64,000 nucleotides of DNA from Octopus vulgaris (lineage: Eukaryota), in contig OX597820.1 in the NCBI GenBank assembly GCA_951406725.2, positions 124,124,001-124,188,000 on the forward strand. Direction: 5' to 3'. Positions 42,480-57,842 of this stretch are shown here, one piece after another. A model generated the notes under the pieces. The model did no database searches, was not told the DNA's origin, and saw only the letters and a list, made by a program, of their open reading frames with translations. Position numbers and translations under genes: made by a program. How positions within the stretch are numbered: the first letter of the stretch is position 1; the number at the start of each line of letters is the position of its first letter.

Positions 42480-43520
42480 ACAGCTAGTAACATTGATTAT
42501 AATAATCGAACTAATGCAAAAATGCTACAGCCACCTCTACCACAAAGGAATATTCATTAAGTATTCAATATTGGGAAGCCGTGACAGTACAAGATGTAAC
42601 TGAGAATCCATAACATTTAAAGTAAAATAATTCCAACTTCTAGTTGAAATATTTAACTGACATGCAGAGAATGGTGGCAAAATTATTTGATGATGTATTA
42701 AGAAATCAGAAAATTAAGTGCCCCCTCTAAGAGAAAGATACGCTTAACCGTTTTGAACAAACGTTGTAGAATTTTAAACTCTCAGAAATCACAAGCCTCT
42801 ACCTTTCCTGTTAATATCATGAAATTCTTTCAATAATATAGTAGACAACCAATGGTTATCTTGAAAAACGGCTAATTCAAAGGAAGTGAACTGACGTTGA
42901 TAAATTATTGTAGATGTATATGTCAATTATTGTTTCAGAAAATGATCAAGAAGAATATAGAAAAGGGACGCGTCTGAACATAGAATGGATATGGAGAAAT
43001 CTGTGAAAGACTTCTGGAAGCTTTCGACATCGTTCTTCACTTGTGGATATTGTGTATAGCATCATCCACGATAAAATTAGCGGTAGGAATAAACAGCTGC
43101 GTTAAAGACGGTACGTACAGTTGACAAATACTTGTGGATGAATTATAAGGTGTTTGCCATCGCTATGTGAAGTAAGGTTATTAAATCATCATTGCAAGCT
43201 AGGTTTCAAATGAAGCACATTACACAAATGAAGGGGAGGTTACTTATTATGTGGAAGGACAATCGAGTATATTTTGTATACTGGTCATTGTGAATAATTT
43301 GAAGCAATGTTACATATCTTGTATGTATTCTCTTGGGAATCCGGTATGTAATACAGTTTAGAGAAGCCGTGCTAATGTAGCTGCTAAGCGAGGAAGATTA
43401 ATAATAAGCAATAGATGAATAACCTGTTAGACAAAGAAATATAGATGGGATAATTAAGAAAAAGTGTTACTTACAGATATTTGGGAATTTATGAACTAGA
43501 CAGTGAACAACTACAAAACT
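42480..43520 (+). mobile_element. Highly decayed R4/Dong-like RT region
   Basis: YRYLGIYELD at ~43472-43501 matches YKYLGIHELD of the young copy. Weak upstream similarity (AFDIVLHLWI ~43020). Confidence 0.5.
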
Positions 43521-44728
43521 AAATCATAATACTCGCCATGAATATACAGAGAAAGCGATAGCCTGTAAAATTGTAAAAGATGAAATGATTGAATGTACAG
43601 GTACCTACTGAATGATAAATAAACATGGATATCGATATATATATACCCAGCTTGAATAAAAGGAAAATTTATTTTTGGTTTTATTTATTATTTTTGTTGG
43701 GTTTCACTTTATTTGTTCCAAGATTACCCAAAGTTTGCATGCGCAGATTCAGTATTCTAGTAAGACTTTGACTGAGAAGACACACGACAGAGCCACACCA
43801 CAATACCGCAGTATTTTAAAATCCACTTTCAACATTGAATCACACTTCATTTAAGCAGATGAAATACACCAGTGATCAGCATATTCACGTTTGAATCTGC
43901 TAGAATGTAATGAGAATGAATGAATATATCGTTTGTTAAAAAGAATTCTCCATTTAAATAGTGAATTTACTCATAAACTTATCCCTCACCTTGATACGAA
44001 TTTTACTTGAAACATTGGTTATTTTAATGTGTGGTTAGGGAATATCATCTTATGACGTCGATAAAATCTGTGCTTCACTAAGTTCGTGAACCGAGAATAC
44101 GAGATTGTTTCATATTAATCATATGTGAGAATAATAAAAGATATTACTTATGTCAATTGATATAGATGTTAATTGCTCATACTGGATATGTTTGGGCGTA
44201 GTAGAGCTGTGATCTTTCTTATTGTACCTACAACGGTTTTCTATACTAGAGCAACTTCATTCGGTATTCTTCAGTTAGGAGATCCCAATAGTATTATATT
44301 CTTGTTACACAGAATGGATTTCATTATAGTTTCTATGGAACCACAATGCATGGTGTAGCACGAGGACTATTTTGTATCTACTATCGAAAAAATATTTCCT
44401 TTTTTCGTATATGTTGTACTGAGAGGACTTTCCACATAATATTTTAGGATGTATTAGATACTTGTTCTGCATTTTCTCTACTCCCAAATTATCGTCCATT
44501 TTACATATTTTGAGTCATTGTTCCAAAGGCCCCAATAATAATCAGCAGTTTCATGAACATATTATTTTCGTTGTACATGAACTTCAAGTCGATCAATAAC
44601 TCGCTTGTTTGTTTTCCTTTCTTATTTACTCCGGTGTCAAAAGGGTATTCCCCATCTATAACAATTTCTTCTTGTGTATGACTTAGATATCCTGTCTGAT
44701 GTCTTCTTTCAGTTTGTTACCAAAAGCC

Positions 44729-44783
<55 letters not shown>

Positions 44784-44840
44784 GTAATAATAATAATAAT
44801 AATTATAATTATAATAATAATAATAATAATAAAAAAAAAA

Positions 44841-45796
44841 GCGCACGAGCAATTGGCTGATAGGTGGGAGGAGAAACCTCTGCACGGCAAATATGTGACC
44901 CGCAGCAAACAAGCTGATGTTGACCAGAAGCAAACCCATCAGTGGCTGCGGAGCTCAGGGTTAAAAGCAGAGAGCGAAGGTTTCATCCTGGCTGCTCAAG
45001 ACCAAAGCCTATCAACCCGGAACTACCAGGCCAATGTGATGAAAAATGGAGCAGACCCAAAATACCGATTCTGCAACGACATGATTGAAACAGTGGACCA
45101 CCTAATCTCTGGATGTAAAGTCTTAGCACCAGTGGAGTATAAATTAAGACATGACAGAGTTGGCCAATATCTCCACTGGCTAATAAGTCGGCATTACAAT
45201 ATCAAAACTGCCGGCAAGTGGTATAATCACCACCCTGAGGCTGTAACTGAAGGAGAAAATGTAACCATTCTGTGGGACTTTCCAGTAAATACAGACCGAA
45301 CCATCAAGGCCAATAAACCAGATATTGTTGTGAAAGACCAAAACAATAAAGTTTGCTTATTGATCGACATGAGCATCCCCTGTGATCATAATATCTCAGC
45401 GAAAGAGTTTGACAAGCTCAGAAAATATAAAGACCTACTCATTGAAATTGAAAAATGTGGCATCTCAAGGCGGTTACAATACCAGTGATCGTAGGAGCAC
45501 TAGGAATGATCATAAGGGAACCGAAAATTATATGAGAATGATCCCTGGCTTACCATCTCTGCAAGAAGTGCAAAAGATTGTCTTAACTGGTACATCACAC
45601 GTATAGAAGAGCATTGTCGATGTGAGAACTGTTGCTGCTCATGCATTTTAATTTAACTAAAAAAAATTTTTTTTAAAAATGAACGAACTACTGAGTTTGG
45701 TTTAATGGCCTAAATATACACTATGAGTTTCTTTGCCCTAGGAGTCGGGAAGACACTCGGCAAGAAATGGAAGAAAATTTGAAAGAGGAAAAAAAA

Positions 45797-45797
<1 letters not shown>
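44841..45797 (+). mobile_element. 5'-truncated R4/Dong-like LINE (second subfamily) in (TAA)n
   Basis: ORF 44853-45488: WEEKPLHGKY..WLRSSGLKAESEGFILAAQDQ..ETVDHLISGC..RHDRV..ANKPDIVVKD..LIDMSIP. (TAA)n at 44729-44830 and 45798-45870. Confidence 0.95.
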
Positions 45798-45859
<62 letters not shown>

Positions 45860-45872
45860 TAATAATAATAAT

Positions 45873-46580
45873 AGGGAGACATGGTTGTGGAGCCATTGTT
45901 GTAGAAAGAAACACTGAAGCAGGAGACCGAAAGTTTATTAGTAGATGCATAAGATCAGGCATTGTGAACTGATTAGATAAAAGATTCGGATATAGATTAT
46001 GTTAATCAAAGGAAGACAGTATTACTCATAATTGTTGCATGTTGGTTCAGAAATAACACAAGAACTGATATGATAACCTATGTAGAATATTCCACTGGCA
46101 GTTGTGTAAAAAGCTACGCTTTGATCATACTGATAAGAGGTGTGATCATGAAACTAGTATTGAAAGTAGACGTTGAAGGATTTTAACAATCGCACAGAGA
46201 GTGTAAAAGAAATTAGAATTCCTGATTAAGTAGTAGAGGTAGACAAAGAGAATAGAAAGTGCAAGTGAATTGACTTTAAAGTTCCAAATGGTGAGAAGTC
46301 AATATGAGAGGTACAGAGAATATAGCGGAGTAGGTGGATCTAGCCATTGTAATATAGAAGGTATGGACTGTCCGGGTAAGATGTGTACCTGTAGTTAGAA
46401 GTGTATTATGAACTAGTCTTAAGATTTGCACAGACGGATAGAGTAAATAGGCACAAAACCTAGTTTAGTTCAGCTTCAGAAAATAGTATCATTAAAGGAA
46501 GCTGAGGTTCTTGGCATCTAAGGTTGCTTGTTATACACTGATGATGTAATGTGTTCTTCGCAAATGTAATTATATTAATA
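45873..46580 (+). mobile_element. Old R4/Dong-like LINE 3' end
   Basis: ETESLLVDA*DQAL, ETVLLIIVAC, IFHWQLCKK and IDFKVP follow the family motif order. Begins directly after (TAA)n. Confidence 0.75.
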
Positions 46581-46599
46581 ATGATAATGGTCCTATCAA

Positions 46600-46795
46600 C
46601 TGTAGGTACTAGGCTTGACATATAGTGCAGAGAGTGCTAGTAGACTGCATGGACTGCAGTGTTTAACTGGCACGTATATCATCGACCTTCAAAGGATGAA
46701 ATATAAAGTCGAGGCTTGTTGAATTTGAACTGAATCGGCAAAATACCGATAAACATTCTGCCCGGCGTGCTAAAGATTGTGCCAGCTCGCTACCC
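46600..46795 (-). mobile_element. Deu/Nin-like tRNA SINE
   Basis: atcgaccttcaaaggatgaaatataaagtcga...gcccggcgtgctaaagattgtgccagctcgc, homologous to 4262-4498. Confidence 0.8.
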
Positions 46796-47599
46796 TAATA
46801 ACAATACTAATAATATTGTGAACAAATGTTGATAAAGACAATGATGGCATTGTGCAACTCACGATCATGGTAATGATGAAGCTGGTATAAAACATTTAAA
46901 TAATGAGAATACTTTAAAGCGATTACAGAACAAACATATGTTATCTCACTCAGTGTAAACTATGAATTATAACTATAATGTTCAATATATTATACCGAAT
47001 TCATTGTTCTTGCACTTGCTTACATATGTATAAAACAGCACTTATGCCCGCACTACATGACTGTAGAAGAAATATTGCTTTTATGCAAACATTCTGAACA
47101 ATATATAAAAATAATGGACAAAGACGCAAACGCTAGCGAAAAACAGATGCATATATTTTGAAAACAAGTGAACTGTTATATACATGATTTTCATGTTTGG
47201 AAAAACAATAGAAGCAAGTAATATATGGGATAGCCTTAGGAAACATCTTACAAATATGAACGCAAACAAAATCCATCGAATTTAATTTACATTCAAGGAA
47301 AAAAGCACGCGTATTATAAATGATCGAGATGCGAAAATCATTTAGCGTGTTCACACAAACACACACACACAAACGCTCCGTCACATACACAGATACACAC
47401 ACACGTGTGTATATGTACACATATGCATGTGTGTGTGTAAATTATACGAAAACTATGGTGCAGAGACGTACAAAGCACACTCAAATAGACATTTTCGGTC
47501 AAACCTATACGTAAATACGCATAGGTACATGTTTTGGGCTATGTCAATATCTATCCTTCCACCTATATCTGCCACTTACTGTCTCTGTACCTATCACTC

Positions 47600-47641
47600 T
47601 ATCTATCCATCTATCTATCTATCCATCCAGTCATTATTCTC

Positions 47642-47738
<97 letters not shown>

Positions 47739-47775
47739 AATCTATCTATATATACCTATATATCTATCTATCTAA
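47600..47775. repeat. (TCTA)n microsatellite
   Basis: Tandem tetranucleotide repeat. Confidence 0.95.
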
Positions 47776-48699
47776 CTCTCCACCTAACTGTCTGTCAATC
47801 TGTGTTTATCAATCAATCTACCGATATATATGGATTATTGATAGATACACACTTATATAGGGGAATAGATATGGAAACAGATATGTATGAGAAATTATAA
47901 CTCTTGATACTCATATGCAAAGTGTATGGCTTCTTGATCGTGTATATATATATATATATGTATGCGTGTGTGTGAGTGTGTATGTATATATCTATATATA
48001 AATGCATGTATATATATATATATATGTTCATATATATCCACGTGTATATGTATCTAAGTATGTATATATTTTGTATGCATATATATGCATATATACACAT
48101 AGATACATACACACACAACATGCACACGCACACACGCACACACACACACATATATAAATATATATATATATAAACACACACAGACAAACAGAATGCTTAT
48201 AAAATATGAACGTGTGTGGCGTTATAAAATAAAGAAATTATAATACGTGTACGTGTGTGTGTATGAGTGCGTGTGTGTGTGTGTGTACATAGCAAGATAT
48301 ATTGCCAGATAGATCGATAGATAGAGAGATACATACTGAGAGAGAGAGAGAGAGAAAAAGAGGGTGATGGTGAGTGAGATGGAGAAAGAGATAATAGACA
48401 ACTATTCAGCCAAATATATTCATATACACTTTTTACGTTCATGGTTCAACGAAAATCATATAAGCATTATTTATGTATTCAGATGTTTAATAATGTAATA
48501 GTGAGAGTGTAGCCTTCGTAGAATCGATTACATTTTCTCAAGGAGAATCTATTGCTTTGTTCGAATGCAAAATAACATTATTGAAGAGGAAACTTTCTAA
48601 AATATGTGATCTGCAACGGACCTCATTTTCTGTTTGGGAACATGAGGAATATGCATAAAATAAAATTGTTGGAATATTATTGTCACAATATTAATATCA

Positions 48700-48896
48700 A
48701 ATATTGGCACAATACTGGCAATTTCGGTGAGTATTAAGTTGATCCCAGTGTTTAGGTGATACCTATTTCATTCATCTCGACATGATGAAATGAAAGTCGA
48801 TCTCGGCGGAATTTTAACTCAGAACATATAATTCGGACGAAATGCAATTAAGCATTTTGCTCGCCGTGTTAATTATTCTGCCTGCACCTCGTCTTT
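48700..48896 (-). mobile_element. Deu/Nin-like tRNA SINE
   Basis: gatgaaatgaaagtcgatctcggcggaattttaactcagaac...gacgaaatgcaattaagcattttgctcgccgtg. Confidence 0.75.
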
Positions 48897-49014
48897 TGTT
48901 CTTGGAATATTGCTGATAATATGACAATATCGCAATAACGATAAACCTCATTTTTCTGTTCGCTAACATGAAAAATATACGAAAATAATGTTATTTCAAT
49001 GTTACTATAAATTT

Positions 49015-49208
49015 AAGGTGGCAGGCTTGTAAAAACTTTAATCAAAATCCGTCCGTCTTTATGTTCTGAATTCAAATTTCATTGAATTCGACTTCGCTTT
49101 TCATCCTTCCAGTGACGATAAACTACCAAGTGAACACGAGGTGGCGATGTAATCGATCTATCTCCCACCTAAAATACTAGGCCTTGTGCTAAAGTTTAAA
49201 AACCATTC
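49015..49208 (+). mobile_element. Deu/Nin-like tRNA SINE
   Basis: gttctgaattcaaatttcattgaattcgacttcgcttttcatccttccagtgacgataaa...gatgtaatcgat. Confidence 0.75.
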
Positions 49209-51392
49209 TGACAATCTCACATTAAAGTTCCTAAGAGTTCTCCCCATTAATAGAGACAGCAGAGATATCCCACGTACACTATAACTTACCAACGTACAAA
49301 AATTGAAAGAGCACATAACAACATATAGTATATGGTATTCAATATGTATGAAGATTAACATGTGCTGATAACGGCCGAAACACCTTTAGTCATACATCTG
49401 CTTGATTCATTACTGATCTGACACAACAACAATATTAATGAAAGAAACAGCAATTAACTTTCCGAATAAATGTAACTAACGCTTAAAAATATTAATGAAG
49501 CTGCATTCCTCTCCAGTCCCAACACTATAAAAATATAGCAAAAGTTCGCAAGCCATGCAAACAAAGACTGTACGAAGACACCAAGGAATTCTCTACATGA
49601 AATGAAATGTCGGATTTCCCATCCAAACATCTGTATTCATCCATGCTAATTTATGCATCCATTAAGCATTTATACAAGCAAACACTACAAAACTCTGTGT
49701 ATCAATTCAATAGTGCACCAAATTCAAATGTGTTCCGTCGTTTCCTATAAACATAAGCGTCTGCCCTCAGACTTCATACTACACATTATTCACACTTGCC
49801 ACAATATCCTATATTTCATTCAAATCTTTCCAATACACACAATCAGAAACAAATCTATATACAACTTATTCACGTTATTTATATTCCATTCCCTAACTCA
49901 TGAAACACATCCTAGTCATTCATTTAAATTTCTCGTGCTGCACGCAGAAATAAACGTATTCCATTTCACTAGCCTGCTCTTATCTCGTTCTCACACATCT
50001 TACTTAGCATTCGCCTCTTACTATAAACCACGCTTAACCAATTGCACTTTTCCCAAATAAGAGCTGCAAGTCAATTGGCTGCCTTATTGATATCAAAATC
50101 GTTTTTATATCTCGTATTCTTTTTATCTTTTCCCGCTGCTTTAGCATCATCTCACGTCTCCACAAACGACTAATGCCCGATATGTTGATTTTCTCACTTC
50201 TTATTTCTAACAGCGCCGTTTTATTGATTTTGTTCTCTTGTTCATTGTTTTCAAAATATTTTTTTTTTGCTTTATTCTCTCATTCCTTTTCTTTCAATAT
50301 GAATTAGCATTCTTATTATAGAACTTGTGTAGAATCCGTGGTGTATAAGTAATTAATATTCATGAACTATTTCATTTATCCATATACGAAGTTAAACTTC
50401 AATTAACACATTTATATCAGTTATTCAGTGCCATATTGCTTAAATTATTTGAATTATTCCAGTTATTGAAAGACAAAACAGCTATCGTTTCGATTTGTTT
50501 TACTGAACTCTTCGCGGCGCTCTCCTGCCTACTGGCAAAATGACCTCAAGAGGAATACTAATAAAGTACATTCGATAGAAGTTCTTTACAACATACACTT
50601 TACAACATACACATGAGCTAAATAAGATATTCCAGGTTGTTAAAAGTTCACGTTAACATCTACTTTGCATATTCTGTCTTATTTTGTTTAAGTAACATCT
50701 TCTAGTTCGTTTGCATTATATAGACTTAAATTGCAGTTTTGTTTATTGTGAAAGGGTCCCTTATAACAGCAAAACAAACAGAGGTTTATAGAAATGTGTA
50801 TATTTGGCATCGACGTGTATATTTGATGTTGCTTTGAAAAAATAGTTTAAAAAAAGTAAAATGTTTAAAGTAGTTGATATCTTAACATCATCTCCTGAAT
50901 TCCAATTTCTCTGAAGATTTTTCATATAGACGAAAATTACATTACTTATTTCCCTAAAGTTTGTGAATGAGATAAATATACAAGCTGTTATCGCTACTCA
51001 AACAAAATCATATCTATCTATCTTAATATTCAAAATAACTGTTATATAAGTTTATACTATCAAACAGTTAATCACAGATAATGGTGGAATTGATAACATT
51101 TAGATCATATTATTGCTGTTTTATACCCCCACATCATTCATCCCCCTATCACAATCTGATAGCAGCGATTGCTCTCGATCGTGCATGCATTTGCAATGCA
51201 AACCACGTTTGCAGTGATCGATATATAGAAATAAGGCTTTCCAAATTTACAACAAAATTTATTGTCGATAAAATTATTATCGAAATGATTCAATTACGCT
51301 GAGATTGTGAGATAGGAATCTTTATATCATAATAAACAGGTATTGCCTTTATGCAGAAGGCAGTCTGAAGTGATTGCGTCTCCAAAGTCTAT

Positions 51393-51782
51393 CTCTTCCT
51401 CACCGTGGTGGGGACACTGGCAATGGGTAATGTTAGAGCTATGCAGTCGGGAACTTCGGTTCCTGGTAGGGCCACCCAAGGGGGATCGGTTTGACACCGA
51501 GTGGTATTAGGGCCACAATTTTCTGGTGAAAATCCTCGGAGTGTCTGCTTCGGCAACCGGCGGCTCCACGGTCGTTCTGTCCCTGCGTCTGGGACAATCT
51601 ACGGCAAACAGGATGTCTCTACATGCGGGATTGTTGGGGACCGTTTGTCAAATTCACATATTCCCACGAAACTTCTTCCATGAATTCTCAATTCGAATAC
51701 AATGCCTCGATGGTGGTGAAAGAAGCCGACTCAACCCGCCCTGGGTGAATGTCGCCACAAGTACAAGTAAGTAAGTACAAGA
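51393..51782 (+). mobile_element. Non-autonomous RTE-derived element (RTE 5' UTR plus short tandem tail)
   Basis: caccgtggtgggg...agagctatgcagtcggg...cctggtagggccacccaagg resembles the conserved 5' UTR of RTE/Expander/BovB elements as I recall it. Ends with aagtacaagtaagtaagtacaag. Confidence 0.65.
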
Positions 51783-53269
51783 CTGATGGGATGGATGCAA
51801 ATCGTATGATGTTGTTGATATATTAAAAACAAAATGAGTTAAGGAGATGCAGTGTGTGTTCTTGGAATTTTAAAGCTGCCTTAATTATTTTTACAACAAT
51901 AAATTGGTTTTTGTAACTTATATAAGTTACGAATTCGGCCTATAATCCAACAAAAGATGCTTTTTGGCAAATGAAAGTTAAATGGAAATCTGTTATTGAA
52001 TTAAACACATAGTTTAGAATTTTTGTGTTGTAAGAATTGAGAAACATGTATTTTCACTATTTGGTAATTTTATAATCTTAGTTTCTGTAAACTTATTAAA
52101 TGTTCTCCGTTGATTCTAAAATCATAGAAAGGCAATTTGTTACGAAAATGTAGAGGTTCTTCTGAAGGGGCCCTAAAATTTAATCCGTTAATCTGTTTGA
52201 TAATATATTTGTTTTACGAATTAACAAAATTACAATTGTCCATTTCTACTGTCTGCTTTGTATTTTCTCAATAACGATTGAGCTGCCAGTCACCTAGAAT
52301 GCGTTTGTAGACGGCGTGTCTTACTGAACGATGTTACTACATTTCATGTAAGCGCACATCTGCTTTGATCTATAATTTTATACAGTGTATGTCGAAGCAA
52401 CCTTGATAGAATGGGACCCCCTAAACTCTATAGAAAAGACTCTCATATCATGTGAACTCAAAACATAATAGACTGATTATGTTTTAAGGCTATACTTTGT
52501 AATTAAGTTCAATATGCATAGCAACTATCAACACCGTCTGTATTCTGTGCCTTTTGTAATATGGCGCTGGTTTTGGAACGAATCAACATATGCATAAAGT
52601 AGTTTACGTACCTGACTTCGATATTCATCGATACTGCAAAGTTATAATTGATATTTGCTTGTATATGCGCGTGTATGTGTTTGAATTTGTATGTGTTTAT
52701 ATATGTAACATGCAAAACTTAGGTAATGGATGGTGCGGAATAGTCGACCGCTTGTCACTAAATGAAATGATGCTAGGAAATGAAAAGCTGAGATCATGCA
52801 AAGTATGTATTATGTTGACAGGTAGTATATTAGCTCTCTGGAAAAGACAATATCAATATTAGACAGAATTTTGACAGGACATCAAGGAATACTGACATCT
52901 TCAAATGTTACTTATACTTCTCTGACTACGAAATTGTATGTCCACATAATTCTTCCATGAACTCGGAAAATTTTCCTAGATATTTCTTTACAAAAATATG
53001 GATTGGATGGCAATTATGATTCAGCTGAAGAGATGCCATTTTCCAACATTGCTTTTGCTCCAGAGAATAGATACACATTCATACTCAAACACACATAAAC
53101 ACACACATCTCACACACACACACGCATACATACACATATATATATACATGTATGTATAGGTATAAGTATATATGTATATACATGTATGTATAGGTATAAG
53201 TATATATGTATATACATGTATGTATATATGTATGTGTGTATGTATGCATGTATATATATATATATATAC

Positions 53270-53994
<725 letters not shown>

Positions 53995-53996
<2 letters not shown>

Positions 53997-54205
53997 GTCT
54001 GTGTGTGTGCCTGTGTTGGAGGATGTGTTTGAGCTCTTTGTGTTTGTCCTCACAACGCATGACTACTGATGTTCGTTGGTATACGTTACCTCAACTTAGC
54101 TTATCAGCAAATAAGTTAAATAAGGTGCCTGGGGTCCATTTGTTCGGCTGATTCCTTTAAGGAGCAGACCAGCAGTTCAGTGATGGCAACAAACTAAAGT
54201 GTAAA
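53995..54205 (+). mobile_element. Degraded CORE-like SINE tail
   Basis: tgtgtttgtcctc...tacgttacctcaacttagc...cctggggtccatttgttcggct matches the family 3' region. Confidence 0.55.
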
Positions 54206-54599
54206 TGAATGGAAGAATATTCATCTACGGAGAAATGGTTATATTTGGCAAGTATTTATGTCTAATACGTACGTTTACACACACACAAACACACACATAT
54301 AAGTACATATAAATCGATATATAGATCCATATATTTATGTTAATAAATACATGCATATATGTATGTATGTACGAATAGATATTCGTTATATGTACATGAG
54401 CGATCGAATGTTCGGAGAAGACGAAAAAATATTACAACCTGAAGAAATAGTCGAAAAGTAGCTATTACAATAATGACTGATGTGAAGATCTAATACAACA
54501 TCGGAATTTAGCCAGTAAAGCTCTCTTAGCGAATGCTGCTTACGACTACCCTAAACGAGTAAAGTTCCACGGGAGAGGAAACTGCCTAAATTATGAATG

Positions 54600-54960
54600 C
54601 CGTACGATTAAATGGCATAGCATCTAATTAAGCAAATGCCCATATCTGCCCTTCTTGACACTCAGTAACACAAACGAAATTTTCGAATTGTGCCATACAG
54701 CATGAATACATCCAACTCAACTTGGTGGATCATTATCCTTAATTATGCAATATGATTACGAACTTGATCAGCCATATTAACAAAATATTTCTATAAATAT
54801 TCAGATAAAAAATGGCTCTGAAAATGACAATGATTGGTTTATTAAAATGAAGATGGTTAATCGGTCCGTAGTAAACATAACGGAGAAAGATTAGTAATTT
54901 TGAATCGCCGAGTAACACTGAGTAACAACAAAATTATTAGATGACGATGACCATAAACAA
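54600..54960 (+). mobile_element. Possible highly decayed PLE RT N-terminal fragment
   Basis: Frame-broken FLTLS.HKRNF (cf. FITLKDHKPNF) and NDWFIKM (cf. VI.WF..I). Weak. Confidence 0.3.
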
Positions 54961-55627
54961 TCAGAAAATTTGCATGTATTTTTTTATTGTAGGGTATGCT
55001 TTACAGAAAACTCTTTTGAAGTTCGTTTATATCTAGCGCAGTCATTTAAGACTCAATGGCTGGTAAATTGTCAGTGGTAAAAGAAAGTATATAAAACATA
55101 TTGAATACTTCACTTTGACTTCACGACACTGTGTTCACTTAGTATATTCGGTTTTCCTTTCATCGCACAGCACAGGAATTCCAAAGACAATATTTTCAGA
55201 GAGCAATTCCTGTGTTCATATTCGGCGAAAGACATTTATGAATGGATATATTTCTGCGAGAAGAACCTGTAATTTATGTTTTATTTGTGCTTTAAACATC
55301 TTGATATCCGTTACCCCAACGTTAATTTAGATAAAGCCATAACATATTCTATATTTGACATTATTAATCATGCATGTACATTCTGTATAAGCAGAAGTAA
55401 TTAACAAACTTCACCTAAAACACACAACAATGCGTTGGCTCCGTATTTATGAATCTCTGCCCTGCTTTCATTTCCGTTGAAAGCGCAATCTCTAATTCTA
55501 AAGGCAATATGTTTGGTATTATTTTGCACATGTTGGCGCGTTCTTATGGACTTGTTTCTCAACCATGTGTGTAGCATGTAAATTGATATGCATGTATGAT
55601 GTATGTACTATGAACGTACGTTCGTAC

Positions 55628-55662
<35 letters not shown>

Positions 55663-55736
55663 CATATATATATTAATTGTTATCGCCATATTAATATGGC
55701 ATTCTTATAGAGACTTAGTAATTTTAATATTTCTAT

Positions 55737-55800
<64 letters not shown>

Positions 55801-56004
55801 GAATAAAAAAACAACTTTTATCGATTCAAAATGAACAATTAAATTACACCATCTAGAAAATTACATATAATAGAAATATTAAAATTAAAATAACAATAAA
55901 ATATCAATGATTAAATAAATTGCAAAAAGAAATAATAAAAACGTATATATTTATACGTTTTAGGTCAGTATTTTCCAAGATGTAAAAGTTAATTGTCCCT
56001 CCTT

Positions 56005-56084
<80 letters not shown>

Positions 56085-57842
56085 ATGCATGGTTGCATGT
56101 ATGTATGGATGTAGGTAGGTAGATAGGTGGGAGGGAATCTAGGTGGGTAGGTAGGTAGTTATGATATGCAGATATTTTTCACAAACTAAATTCATTACCA
56201 GTTCAAAATATTACGTCTGTAGTATTGCACATTATGTCAAAATGCACTCAGCAAGCGAAAACACGATCACACATTTGCAGTCTTCAAAAGGTTGATGCCA
56301 ATTTTTTTTTACATTAAAAAAAATATCTGCATCCAGCGGAGTTACACGTTCTATACCCATATTATACTGTATTGAAATAGTTCTACCGCATGTTTATGGT
56401 GGTTGAAAAATATTAAAAATTGCGAAAGAGATAAAATATAGAAATACCTTTCAACATGTCATTTGAAACGGAAGCTAAATTGCAAATATAAAAAAAACGT
56501 ATGGTACGCGACTGAAAAAGACATAAGCATCAATGAAAAACATCTTAGAATTTCTAAAATTGATCACGTTAATGTGTCCTTTATATTAAATGCATTTATA
56601 AGTGAAAAGGGTAAAATATGTAAGCACATTGTTACTTCTTGTAAATACATTTATGCACACACACACATATATATGTGTACATGTTTATGTGTGCGTGTGT
56701 ATGTGTGTGTATGTGTGTTTGGTCGTGGGTGTGTGTGTATATATATATATATATATAGATAGATGTCAAACCTTTTATTTAAGAGTTAGTTTGCTATAGA
56801 AATTCAATTTCAGTTTAATAAAACTGAACCCGTCGCAATGAAGCACTCGAAATGTCAATAATTTGTTTTCTGATGTTACCTCAGATTTTTGTAGCTTTTG
56901 TTTCAAACGTTGTAGCCCAATCCAAATATACACAGAATTATACAAATCTAAGCGTATGGTTTCGATGGGGGGGGGGTGGTTAAAGTGGCTTGAACGTTGA
57001 GACTCTATTCATATGATAACTGATTGTACTTCATAGCACATAAACAATCTCTCTCTCTCTCTCACCCTCTCTTTCTCTCACTTCTTCACTGTAGCTATCT
57101 ATATAAATTCTCCATATAGGTGCGTGACTTGAATACGGATGGCCGAAGACTCGTTTTATTGGCTTTACTGGAACATATATATATATATATATTTGTGTTT
57201 ATATGATGTCTAAAATGTTTCCCACTGGAGGTCTGACAGTCACTGTTATTTTAAGACCAAGTTCCTGATGAATGCCAGATACTATTTTCATCAGTTTTCC
57301 GTCATACGAATGTTTATATTTTACAAACAAGAAAATCGCAGCAAAGCTGCGTGATCGTGGTGTCGGACGTGTTATGCAGGTCGTCATATAACTTGTTTGA
57401 CATTGCGTTTTATTTTTCTTTTCTTCCATTTTATTTTGACATGCACATCGTATTTTTATTCTTCTCTTCTGTCTTATGAATCCAGTGTACACTTGCACTT
57501 TGCATGTTCATTCTTCCTTTTACGGTTCCTATTCAAAACCGTTTACAGATCACAACCATCTCACGAACTGCATTGTGAAAATGAGTATGCGACCAATATT
57601 ACCAAATGCACATCATATAGTCCCATGCGCACCAATCAGTATTTATATGTCATATTCACGTTGGTGATGCTTATATAGAATAGTAGGAATATCGGGATAT
57701 GTTTCTACTGCTGGAATAGGTTTTAGTGGAATCTGCCAATACCTTGAGTACGAGTGGTTTTGTAATGGAAAGGTAAAAGCGATGTTGTCTGGAATCTGAA
57801 AGCAAGGGATTAGTGATAGAAAGTGTTTATTTCTATCTAAAA

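Noticed and set aside
57265-57294. CTGATGA...TCATCAG hairpin as a hammerhead
   Set aside because: No properly placed GAAA, stem II or cleavage triplet on either strand.
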